DNA from: the human T2T-CHM13v2.0 reference genome, Homo sapiens
Reading direction: 5' to 3' (one strand)
Length of the DNA stretch: 64,000 nucleotides
NCBI RefSeq assembly: GCF_009914755.1
Contig: NC_060943.1
The notes under the pieces are model-generated. The model did not search any database. It saw only the letters and a program-made list of their open reading frames with translations, and was not told where the DNA came from. The position numbers and the translations under genes were made by a program. Below are positions 1 through 14,090 of this stretch, one piece after another. Position 1 is the stretch's first letter. Every line of letters starts with the position of its first letter.

Positions 1-1207
1 CAAAAAAACCTAACAAATTCTGGACTTAAATTTGACACTAGACCTAGACCAATCAGATATAATAGACATCTACAGAATACGTCATCCAAGAACCCCACAT
101 TATGTATTTATCTCATTCACACATGGAACATACTCCAAGATTGACCACATGCTTGGCAATAAGTCAAGTCTAAATGAATTTTTTAAAAAATCAAAATTAT
201 ATCAAGCATACTATTGGACCCCAGTATATTAAAAGTAGCAATCAATACCAAAAGAAACTCTCAAAATCACAAAATTACATGAAATCTAAACAACTTGATC
301 ATTATTGAATTTTGGGCAAACAATGAAATTAAAGCAGAAATGAAGACTTTTTTGAAGCTAATTAGACACAGCAAACCTAAATCTCTGGGAGGCAGCTAAA
401 GCAGTGTTAAGAGGAAAATTTATAGTGCTAAATCCCTTTATGAAAAAGTTAGAAGATCCCCAATAAACGACCTAACAGTGCAACTGAAGGAACTAGAGAA
501 AAAAAAATCCAACCCAAAAGCTAGTAGAAGAAAAGAAATAACTAAAATAAGAGGAGAATGAAATGAGACTGAGATGCAAAAGGCCATACAAAAGATCAAT
601 GAAACCAGGAGCTTGCTTTTGAAAGGAATAGATTGGTACACCATTAGCTAGATTAATCAAGAAAAAAAAAGAATCAAAATAAGCACAATCAGAAATAAAA
701 AAGGTGATATTAAAACTGATCCCGCAGAAATCTGAAAGATCCTCAGAGACTCCAAACCAAATCCAGTAGCAAATTCAAAAGTTAATTCACCATAATCAAG
801 TAGGCTTTATTCCTGGGATACAGGGCTGGCTCAACATATGCAAATCAATAAATAAAATTCACCACATAAACAGGATGAAAACTAAAAACATGATTGTCTC
901 AATAGATTCAGCAAAAACGTTTGATGGATTTCAGCTTCCTTCATGATAGAAACCCTCAACAAAGTAGGCATCGAAGGAATATAACTCAAAAGAATCAGAA
1001 CCCTCTGTGACAAACCTACAGCTAACATTGAAATGATGGGTAAAGCTCAAACCATTCCCCTTGATAACTGGAAGAAGACAAGAATTCAGACTCTCCCAAC
1101 TCCTATTAAACATAGTACTGGAAGTCTTAGCTAGAGCAAACAGCAAGAGAAATAAATAAAAGGTGTCCAAATTGGAAGAGAGGAAGTCAAATTATTCCAT
1201 TTGCTGA
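1..1207 (+). mobile_element. Old LINE-1 ORF2 fragment (endonuclease end to RT), disrupted, with an internal deletion near 750
   Basis: ORF 32..232 (DIYR...HGTYSKIDHMLG) is L1 endonuclease. Downstream RT-region motifs include CATAATCAAGTAGGCTTTATTCCTGGG and GAAGTCAAATTAT. Confidence 0.9.
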
Positions 1208-1209
1208 TG

Positions 1210-4200
1210 GCTTTCTATCCTGGGTTCTCTATTCTGTTCCACTGGTCTTTGGTGTGATTTATTTTGGAGAATATTTCATGTGCAGATGAGAATAATGTAT
1301 ATCCTGCCATTGTGTAAAATGTTCTGAAAATGCCTGTTGGGTTGATTTGGTCTGAAGTCTAATTTAACTGCAATGTTTCTGTGCTGATTTTCTGCCTCAG
1401 CATTGTCAACAGTGTTAATACCCCATTATTATTGCTGTCTATCTGTTCTCTTAGGTCTATCAGTATTTGTTTTATGAATATGGGTGCTCCAGCATTGGGT
1501 GCATATACATTTAGATAGTTATGTCTTCTTGTTGAATTGAGCCCTTTGTTATTATGTAATAATCTTCTTTTTTTAATGCTGTTGATTTAGTCTGTTTTAT
1601 TTCATATAAGTTTGGCTATTTCAGCTCATTTTGGTTTTCCATTTGTGTGGTATATCTTTTCCCACTGGTTTTCTTTGAGGCTTGGCTTTTTACCATTAAA
1701 GCGTGTCTCTTGTAGGCAGCAAATGTTTGGATCTTACTTTTCTTATTTAATTTGCCAGTCTATATCTTGTAAGTGGAATATTTAGGCCAATTACACTCAG
1801 GGGTAATATTGAAATGCAATGTTTTTATTGCTGTCATAATGTTTTTACCTGGTTGTTTTGTAGCAACAATTGTATAATTGCTTTATAGACTCTGTGATCT
1901 TTTTACTTATGTGTGCTTTTATGATGGCAAATTTTGTCCTTTTATTTCTGTCTTTAGAACTCTTTTGAGCATTTCTTGTAAGTCCAGTCAAGAGGTGACA
2001 AATTCCCTTAGCATTTGCTTGTCTGAGAAATACTTTATTTCTCCTTCATTTATGAAGCTTAATTTAGCCAAAGCCAAAGGTTTTGGTTGGCAGTTCTTTG
2101 CTTTAAGAAGACAGAAAATCGAAGCCTGATCTCTTCTGGGTTGTACAGTTTTTGCCAAGAAGTCCACTGTCATTCTGATGAGACAGTCTTTATAGGTGCT
2201 TTGATACTTCTCTCTAGCTGATTTCAGCATTTGTTCCTTTATGTTAACTTTGGTTTGTCTGATGAATATATGCCCTGGTGAGATCCATCTTGCAGAAAAT
2301 CTTTCAGGTGTTATTTGCACTTCTTATATCTGAATGTCTAATTCTGTATCTAGATCAGAAAAGTTTCTTGAGTTAACTAATCAGATACATTTCCCATGCT
2401 TTTTACTGTTTCTTCTTCTCACTCAGAAATGCCCATAGCTTGTAGGTTTGATTACTTTACATAATCCCACATTTCTTGAGGGCTTTTTAAATTTTTTATA
2501 TTCTTTTTTTCCTAATTTTCTTATGACTGGGTTAATTCAAAGGACTGGGCTTTCAGGTCTGAAATTCTCCCTTCTGCTTGTCTGGTTTATTGTTAAAATC
2601 TTCAACTACATTTTATAATTCCTTCAATGAATTTTTCACTTCCAGAAGTTCTGTTTCTTTTTTAAATATCTCTTTAGTAAATTTTGTATTAATATCCTTA
2701 ATTGTTATTCTGATTTCTTTATGTTGGTTTTCAACTTTCTCTTGGATCTCATTGAGCTTCCTTACAATAAAAAAAATTTGAATTTTTTTTTATGTGTCAC
2801 TTTAGTTTTATTTGTTAGAATCCATTGCTTCAGAACTGCTGTGATCCTTTGTGGGTGTCAAAACACTCTGTCTTTCTGTACTGCTGAAGTTCTCACATTA
2901 TTTCTCATTTATAGAAGCTGTCACTTAGTTATTTTCTATTTGCTTTCATTTGAAGAACATTTTCAATTTTCAATTCTTTTCTCTTTTGGGGGTGTGATTA
3001 TATGTTGTGTGTAATCATTTGGCTTCAATTCTGGGTGCCTTCAGGGGGCTAAGGCTCTAGATGAGTTTCTTGGTTATAGATAGTTTTTGTGCAGTGGCTT
3101 TCTCAAATGCTGATTGTTGTACCAATATATTGGGCATATAATTTGACTCACTATCTTTTGCAGGGCTGGGAGTGCAGAAGCCTCAGGAAGATTATCTCAT
3201 TCCCTAGTATCATGCCCTTCTGCCAACAGGTTTTGTATATGGTTATGCAGTTCAGTTTACGGTTTAGTAGTTGGCACTTACTAGCAGACACTGGCTTGTT
3301 GTTTTGACAATTTGATGACTAGCAAAAGCCCCTCCCCTGAAGGGGGTGGTGGGAAAGCTCACTGTGGGATGCACACAGGTCTCTGCCAAGTGGTAGAGGT
3401 GTGAAGGGTGTTGCACTAGCTCCTCATCCTAGGGATGTAACTTACATCCCTATCTACTCCTGTTCAAGGGCTCACAACCTGCAGTTCAGATAGACAATGT
3501 CCTTTATCTCCACGCTGCAATGCAACTAGGTTTCGTAGAAAACATTCATCCTGTGGCTACAGCTGAAAGGGCCTCTGGAAAAAACCTCTTCCCACAGCTT
3601 GAAATAGACAGCTGTAGCTGGTCTATACTCTGTAGCTGGTTCATTCTATGGTGCAGAAATGCTGCTGCTTTGTATGGGGAGGAAGAGATAAGTCCCACCC
3701 TTTGAGCAAGTCCAGGTTGGTGGGGACACTTTCAACTGGGGTGCAGCTGCCCTAAGTGTACTGAAAAGCCTGTTTCCAAGTGCATCCACACAAACCCCCA
3801 GCAGAAAACGTCATGATTGTGTCTGCAGCAGTGATGGAGACAGCAAAAGATGCCTTTTCCATTTCAGTTCCCAGCCAATGGTACCACCTGTCCTTTGGGA
3901 CAAGACAATACTCCTAATTTTCAAAGATCAGCATTGCACCTGTGTCTCTGCTAGGAGAAATACAGCCATTTTCTGGTTATAAGTGGGGAGGGGGGCTCTC
4001 CATCAGGGAAGAATGTGCATTCCAGTTTCCTTTGTCCCAAAATGTGCTCTGGTGGACTACAATCCCCCTTCCCTAGTGAAGGCCTGTATCAAAGGCTAGG
4101 TCTCTAAGGATCTTGCAGCTCCCCAAGGTCCTGCTGGTTCTCTGTGGTTGCCGTAGGCAGAAGAGGTTCTGGGAAATGTTTGTGTGGGATATAGTCATGC

Positions 4201-4690
4201 AGAGAGACACAAGGGCTAAAATTATCTGGACCGAATAGAGGCCCCAAACAGATGTACAGTCTGTATGGTGCTCACCACCTCAGCTCGGGTTTGAGGGGGA
4301 GAGCAAGCAAACCTATGTGAACTCACCACCCAGTGCTCTGCCCTCCAGAAGTTCCCCAATCACTGCCAACAGTGGTGCCTGCGTTTGCAAGGGCAGAGGG
4401 GCTCTCAGACAAATTGGTGGCAATGAGTTGGGTACAAGAGTGAGGATAAAAAGACACACTCCCATCTACACTTTCCATGGGACTCCAAGTTCCTCATGGG
4501 TCAGTCTCTGCCAGACATTTATGCCCTTTTTTTTTCCTGTACCCCCAACTTCTTCCTGTGGGTTCTCCAAAGGTTTCCGACACTTTTCCCTCAGCAGTCC
4601 ACTTGGGCCATGATTATTCACCTGTAAGGTTAAATCTTCTTTCTAAGGAGAACTGGTATCTGATGTCTCTAGTAAGCCATCTTGAAAAAA
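1210..4690 (-). mobile_element. Old LINE-1 (L1PB/L1M-type) 5' half: 5'UTR, ORF1 and start of ORF2, degenerate
   Basis: ORF 1988..2320(-) matches the L1 ORF1p C-terminus (AKLSFINEGEIKYFSDKQMLREFVT). The 5' terminus reads CAAGATGGCT on the minus strand at ~4685. Confidence 0.88.
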
Positions 4691-4737
4691 ATCACGATTT
4701 TCATTCTTTATTCTGTTAATGTGATTTATCACAATTA

Positions 4738-5132
4738 TTTTTATTTAGCTTTATTGAGGCAAAGAAATAAGACAAATAAAATTGCGTATATTTAAAATGT
4801 ACAACATGATGATTTGAAGTAAATATATATTGTGAACTGACTGCTGCAGTCAAGTTAATTATCATATTCACTACTTCAAGGACTTAATTTTTTTCTTTCA
4901 TTTTGATGAGAATGCTTAAGGTCTACTCTTAGAAAATTTCAAAGTATATAATTTAGTATTATTAACTGTAGTCACCATGCTTTACATTATATTCTCAGAA
5001 CTTACTTATCTTAGAATGGTAAGTTTGTATACTTTGGCCTACATCTCCCAATTTGACCCGCCCCTAGACCTTATCAACTACCATTCTACTTTATTTCTAA
5101 GAACTCAATTTTATTGTTTTATATTCCACAGT
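4738..5132 (-). mobile_element. L1M (L1MA/MB-type) 3' UTR end; left piece of the L1 interrupted by the MAN1A2 retrocopy
   Basis: Typical 3'-end sequence (GCTTTATTGAGG...TTAACTGTAGTCACCATGC...ACTACCATTCTAC). It stops at ...TATTCCACAGT and resumes at 14091. Confidence 0.8.
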
Positions 5133-5227
5133 CACTTCTTTTGCTTTAAAATGAATTATGTAAATTACAGCACAGAGAAAAGAGGCAGAAAGAAGGCTAA
5201 AGGGTTTTACACTACTTAATCTTGGGA

Positions 5228-5442
5228 TTGGGGTAAAAATTATGACCTGTGGGTCAAATGCAGTCCTTTACCTGTTTATGTAAATAAAGCTTTATCGGAA
5301 CACAGCTATACTCATTCATTTACATAATATCTGTATCTGTTTTCACACTTCAACAGCAGAACTGAGTAAGAAGAAAGACTGTATAGCTCATATAACCTAA
5401 AATATTTATTATCTGCCCTTTGCAGAAAAGCTTTCTGACTAG
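5228..5442. mobile_element. MER58A-like hAT-Charlie DNA transposon remnant
   Basis: GTAAATAAAGCTTTATCGGAACACAGC...CCTAAAATATTTATTATCTGCCCTTTGCAGAAAAG resembles the MER58 consensus. Confidence 0.75.
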
Positions 5443-5564
5443 TTGTAAATTAAAAAGAGCATCTTCATCATAATCTGAATGAGCTGAAGTAACACAAAAT
5501 CATCTTCACCAATGTTCTTGAGCCAGAGTAAGTGGATTGATATATTTCCATATCATATGTGGTT

Positions 5565-6277
5565 TGTATTAGTCAATATTGTGTTGCTATAAAGGAATAC
5601 TTCGGACTGGGTAATTTATTTTATTTTTATTGATTTATTGTTTTTCCAAGACAGGGTCTCACTATCACCACTGGTATACAGTGGCACAATTTTGGCTCAC
5701 GTAACTGCCACCTTCCAGGTTCAAGCGATTCTCCCACCTCAGTCTCCCATTTGCTGGAACTACAGGAGCACGCCACCATGTCTGGTTAATTTTTGTATTT
5801 TTAGTAGAGGCGGGATTTCACAATATTGGCCAGGCTCAAACTCCTGACCTCAAGTGATCTGCCTGCCTAGGCCTCCCAAAGTGCTGGGATTACAGGCATG
5901 AGCCACCAGGCTCAGCCCCTATTTTTAAAATAGGTTAATTTACCTCACAGTTCTGCAGGCTATACAAGCATAGTGCCACTATCTGCTTTAGGCCAGGACC
6001 TCAGGAAGCTCCCACTCATGGCAGATGGCAAAAGGGAACAGGTTTGTCACACGGTAAGAGAGGGAGCCAGAGAGATGCCATGCTCCTTTAAGCCACCAGC
6101 TCTCATGTGAACTAACAGAGCAGGGACTTGCTCATTACCATAGGGAAGGCAGCACCGAGCCATTCATGAGGGATCCATACCATCACTCAAACACCTTCCA
6201 CCAGGCCTCACCCCTCTGACACTGGGGATCACATTTCAACATGAGATCTGGAGGAGAGAAATATCCCAACCATATCA
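5565..6277 (-). mobile_element. MST-type MaLR solo LTR, interrupted by an Alu
   Basis: Termini TGTATTAGTC...GCTATAAAGGAATAC and TTTCAACATGAGAT...CCATATCA, with GGTT on both flanks. Confidence 0.85.
5630..5918 (-). mobile_element. Alu inside the MST LTR
   Basis: Reverse Alu, ending CCCAAAGTGCTGGGATTACAGGCATGAGCCACC. Confidence 0.95.
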
Positions 6278-6404
6278 GGTTACTCAAACATTCTGCTTAG
6301 AATTTGTGCAGCCAAAACTAGTTACCAACTGTGTTTGTTAAATAAAAAATGGTATTAAAAATTTTTGTGTATAACTAAAAAATTATACAGATAGGTATAG
6401 AGAA

Positions 6405-6422
6405 AGAGAAAGGGAAGAGGGA

Positions 6423-6460
<38 letters not shown>
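6405..6460. repeat. (GA)n microsatellite
   Basis: Directly visible. Confidence 0.95.
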
Positions 6461-6462
<2 letters not shown>

Positions 6463-7827
6463 CTATCCAATTTGAGTGTAAGGAAATCTAAAAAAAAATA
6501 AGAACTTAAAATCCTATTACTAGAAACTGCTTTTTGAAACCTAGAAATATTTTATTATATTTTTCTTTATATTTAACAGCATGGGACTGTTAGTAGGACC
6601 CCTACCAAAGACAATTTACAACTTCAAGTTTTACCCACCAATGATGTGACAAAAGCTTTTTGAATTTAAACTAAGCAGCACTTCTATTAAACATTGATTT
6701 TAATAATATAATTGAAGTGATATAGCAAACTAAAAATGTTTTTATTTCTAAAGTAAATATTTTAGTCAAAGTTGCATCAAAAATCAAGCACTTCTGTGAC
6801 ATTTTTCAAGACTTTAACCACAATTATAGTTAGTACTACATAGTACACATTATTTAAAATGTATTATAAACCTTTTCTCTTTATATGAAATATAAAATTT
6901 AAAATGCTGTAACATGATTCATATTGAAAAACATGTAAAATTGTATACACTGCTCTCATACAGAAAGTGCCACTGGAATCACATAAAACTTTCTAATGCT
7001 TTAAGGTGCCAGGCACAGTGCTTGGCACATATTACATACTTCATAAATGTTTGTTCACTCATTCTCTCATTTACTCATGTACTCAAAGAAATACGGGCTT
7101 AAGGAGAAACTGCATTATAATGAGAACTGAAAGCACAATCTTTTATCAACAAACTTGGAGTTTTGACAAAGACTTTGACAGAGAGTGGAGCAGATGAGAG
7201 GATGATAATCAAGATTTCAAACTCCTTGGTTAAAATCTACTAAGTAAAGCCCTGGGTTCACAAGATGACATCATAGAGAATCAGAGTCAATACTCCACAA
7301 AAAGAATGCATTCTTTCAATACCCAGGTTGGACTTTTATATATAACCATCTGCTTGAAGCTGGGAATAAGTCGTGTTAGAAGTAAAACACACAGTCCACC
7401 GGCAGGTAAGAACCACCTGATGGGGGACTTGTTTTTCTGCGCTGAGACTTCTTTTCAGGTAGGGTCTCATTCTCTTGGTTTTGACAACTTAATACAAGTT
7501 GAATTAAAAAAAAAAACTGGCTTAACCCAAAAAGTTTTATTTTAAAATAAAGATAAATAAATGTAGAAGGTAGAGGGGTGTTTAACATTCCTATTTTTTT
7601 CCTGTTATGCACGAACCAATCCATCTATTCTGCATATTTGTGCCAAAGTCACAATGTGAGGTGTCAACTTTTTGAGGAGCATTTCTGGGCTATTTGCGGA
7701 AGGTCTGATAAATGCAGTATTTTACCAGAGTAATAAGGTCTACAAAATGCAAAAAGCTGTAAAAAAGAGAAGAAAGTATGGGTACTAAGCAGAATATAAG
7801 ATAAAAATTGATCTTGGAGGAAATTTA

Positions 7828-7902
7828 CCTATTTTCTGTTTGCCCCAAGAATACCGTGCTGGCAGCAAGATGCACTTTATTTTTTCCTAAATGGGAAACG
7901 GG
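7828..7902 (+). mobile_element. MER75-family piggyBac miniature element (~75 bp, MER75A-like)
   Basis: CCTATTTTCTGTTTGCCCCAAGAATAC...GCTGGCAGCAAGATGCACTTT...TAAATGGGAAACGGG has imperfect TIRs and is flanked by TTTA/TTAA, the piggyBac target site. Confidence 0.75.
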
Positions 7903-8006
7903 TTAAACATCTGTAACAAAAATAAAACATAACACTGGCAAGTCACTTGCAGCTGGCCTGAATTGTCTTTGGTATTCAGAGAAGGGAAAAAAAAAAAAAA
8001 ATGGAG

Positions 8007-8438
<432 letters not shown>

Positions 8439-10304
8439 TCATCTGAGTAATACAAAGAGAGCCGTTGGAGATACAGGTTGTATCTCCTCATCTCTTGAGA
8501 ATTTCCTGGGAAACCAAGAAGGCCTCTTTACTCTGCATTCTTATAAACAAATTAAGAGTTTGGAGACTTCATTGCCATCTGCACAGCTTCTCTGGGTCTT
8601 TGCCAATTAAACTTTCTTGCCTTTTTTTTTTTTAGTGATTCCTAAGTGGGCTTGTGCTATTTTTAGCAAGGCTTTTTTGAGAACCAAGTACTTTCCCTTT
8701 TCTCTTCTAAAGTTATGGTCATCTACCTTTATCATTTAAACAATTTAAAGGTTTAAGTAGTAAAAAAATTACAATCTCAAAATATGTCCTAAAATTTGAC
8801 TCTCTTAAAGACTTTATTGTAACTGGCTCTACATCCTTATTTTCTATGTTTACTAAAAACTTTTGTAGTGGTTGTCATTTATGCATCATTGGCTGGGCTG
8901 TGAGAACTGTTTAATAATTTGTGGTCTGAGATGATCAACCTTGGAAAATATTTAATTGTATTCATTCATTAAATCTTTTCCCAACTTAAATCTAAAAGCT
9001 AAGTTGAAAAGAAATGTTATCAAATACGGAAATAAGCCTTCAGAATTCCAAGTTGGATTTCTTGTATGAACTTTTTTGTCTCATTAAACTTTGTTTAATG
9101 AGACAAAATCTTTAAATTCAGAGTAAATATCATACTAGTTATACTGTTTCCAATTTTATTAATGTCAATGGACGATGTCTAAATTAAACAATAAAAAGTC
9201 CCTTCAGTTTATGTGACAGAAAATGCGTGAGCATTAGATATTTATCTTACACCATAGTTACTGATAATTTTTTTTGCCAAAATATAAAGAATTAGTAATT
9301 TCTTTAAAAAGAAATAACAATGCAAAACCTACTGATGGTAAGAGAAAATCCCTGAGATACTTACTTCAACACTTTTATCACTGAAAACGATTTTGAAGCT
9401 ATTCTAATTATTTTGATTTCTATAAAGATCAATAGAAAAAATTTTAAAAACATAAAATATTTGTGAATGGCACACTCACCTGATAAGATAATAAAGGATA
9501 TCATCCCAGATAGAATATTTAAGAAAGTTGCACTGTGTTTTGTTTTTGCTTTAATGAGTTGTAAAAGTAATTTAGCTTATCAAGACAAATTCAGAGCTAC
9601 ATAATAGTATCGTGAATTTTGCCAAGTCACATAAATAAAGTTGTGAGTTGGATGACTCTCCTAACGTTATTATGAGATTTAAGTGGATAAAACTTGCTCG
9701 GTAGATTTATTAGTTCAGAAAAATAATCTCCTACCAGCAAAACCAAGAATTTCTTTTAGAACAGGTTTCAAGGCAACAAACTGTGGCATTTTTCCGCACT
9801 TTTTGTCATGCTACCACCACTGACTGAACCACCTGAATTAAGTCTCAAACTCAGGCTTATAGGTAGTGGTTATGACAAATAGCAGTTTTAATGATTTCAT
9901 ATGAAGACAAAGACTTAAAGAGTATTTTTTGTGAGATCATGCCCCTAGAAGAAACTAAACTTAACCATGAAATTTAAATGAAATAGATTTTATTTAAACC
10001 GATTAAACAGGATTTGAAATGGTTGCCAGTCTGGTCATCCAATAGGGAACTTGAAAATTCAGACATGGATTGGCACTTCTGTTTGTTTTTTGAGTCTTCT
10101 TGTCACTGATGCAGTTATACTATATTTTTTCTTTATCTTAGTTCATTACATTACTAAAATGGAGAAAAATGAGACAATGTGGAATATTTGACAGTTGCTC
10201 CACTGTAGGAATATATAATAGGTTCCAAAGGCCATTCTTAACTCCTGCAATGTGCTCTATATTCTTGGCTTTCTCTTAGGAAGTCTAGCCTCCAGACTTC
10301 AGAG

Positions 10305-10315
10305 CTCTACAAACC

Positions 10316-10364
<49 letters not shown>

Positions 10365-10493
10365 AATATATGTAACTCTCTCTAAATATAAAACTCTCTA
10401 TATAACTCTCTATATACATAGAGTTATATAGAGTTTTATATAGTTATATATATATATATATACATATATTTAAAATATATATGGTTTGTAGAG
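10305..10493. repeat. (TG)n/(TA)n simple repeat enclosed in an inverted repeat
   Basis: 10305-10323 is the exact reverse complement of 10475-10493. Confidence 0.9.
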
Positions 10494-10496
10494 TAC

Positions 10497-10530
10497 TTGG
10501 TGGTGTAAAAGTAATTGCGATCTTTGCTGT
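10497..10530 (+). mobile_element. Half of a MADE1 (Hsmar1 mariner MITE) TIR
   Basis: TGGTGTAAAAGTAATTGCGATCTTTGC compared with MADE1 TGGTGCAAAAGTAATTGCGGTTTTTGC. Confidence 0.65.
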
Positions 10531-10655
10531 AACACACATCATTCTTATATGACCACTATCATGTTGACTTAGAGGTCTAGGTTTTCAGACTACATTCTAT
10601 AGTGGTCCACGTAAAACAAAACAGGTGAGACTGGTCCTGGTCCTCGGAACTGCTT

Positions 10656-12847
<2,192 letters not shown>

Positions 12848-13299
12848 CGTTTATGCTCTTGAAGCTTACAGCAAATGCACGATACATTGAACTGTCTTCA
12901 AAATCTTGGCAAAAATGGGAAAACTCAATTTTGCTCCACTTGAAGGACTGCTGCGCTTCTTCACAGGCACCTCTTTGACGCTCCTCCAATTCCATTCAGA
13001 AACGTGAGTGACCCCCCCCCCCACCCCCTTAAACGATCACAAGCTTATGTCCTGCGAGATCTCGTTTGCCCTTTGACTTTCAGGGCCCTATCGGGTTATC
13101 AGAAGACTCTTCATTCCTAGGGGTAGATCAGAGAAGTCACACTGCAAAGGAGCTGCCCCTTGGGGAGGTGCTCAAGGGTGGTCTTCTGCCCCAAAAGGGA
13201 GTCTGGCTAACTCTGAGAATTGCAGAAGGTTCACCATCTCTGGTCCTTCCATTCCAGAATCTCTTAACCTTAGTGGTGGAAAAAATAAGGGTCTCCACC

Positions 13300-14090
13300 G
13301 AAATCTCAAAACAGGGAGGAAGGTTTCCGGCCTCCCGGAGGCCAAGGCAGAGGCGCTGGGGGAAGGAGCAAGAAGGGACCAGCCGCCCGCGCTTCCCGAC
13401 GCTGCCAGGCAGGCTCCCGGGACGGGCAGAGCTCCGAGGCTGCCTCCGGGCAGTCACGTCCAACGTACCTGAGCCCGGCCAGCCGCTGTCGCTGTCGCCG
13501 CCGCACTCGCCTGTCCGGACGCACCTTCCTCCTCCTCCGCGGCCCCCGAGAAGCTGGGCGCGCAGGCAAGGGAGGCGCGGCGGCCCCTGCGGCTGGTCAG
13601 TTCACCAGGTGCCTGCTCCCGAGCGAGTTGCCACCGACCCCGCCGCGCCCGGCCGAGCCCCGCGCTCCGCAGCGTGGGAAGGAGCCGAGCAGAGACCCTT
13701 GCTCCGAGAGCCCGGGGTCGGCGCCTGCTCATTCCTCGCGCAGCCGTGGGGCAGCGGGTGGCCCCGGGCGCGCGCGAGCAGCCTCTTCTCTGGCACGCAG
13801 AGGCCGGCTCCGTGTCCTCGGCCAGCCGCCGTGGGGGCCTCCTCCGCGCTGCCTCGCGTGGTGCCCGGCTCGGCCTAGATGCGGCTGCTGAGAGATGGCG
13901 CCCACGCGCGGGGCTGCGGCCCAGCCTCTGCCTCCCCAGTACTGGTGGGCGCCGAACAGCTGCGGGGCGACACGCGCTGGGCTCACGCACGTTGGAGCCG
14001 GAGGGTGGGGCAGATGGGGCGCTTCCGGAACCCTCCCCGACTCGCGAGTGGGCGGCGCCGGCGGCGGAGCGTGGGGCGCGCTCCCTGGAG
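13300..14090. promoter_or_regulatory. CpG island at the 5' end of the retrocopy
   Basis: Very GC-rich, with dense CpG and CGCG and GC-box-like GGGCGG, in otherwise AT-rich, CpG-poor surroundings. Confidence 0.85.
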
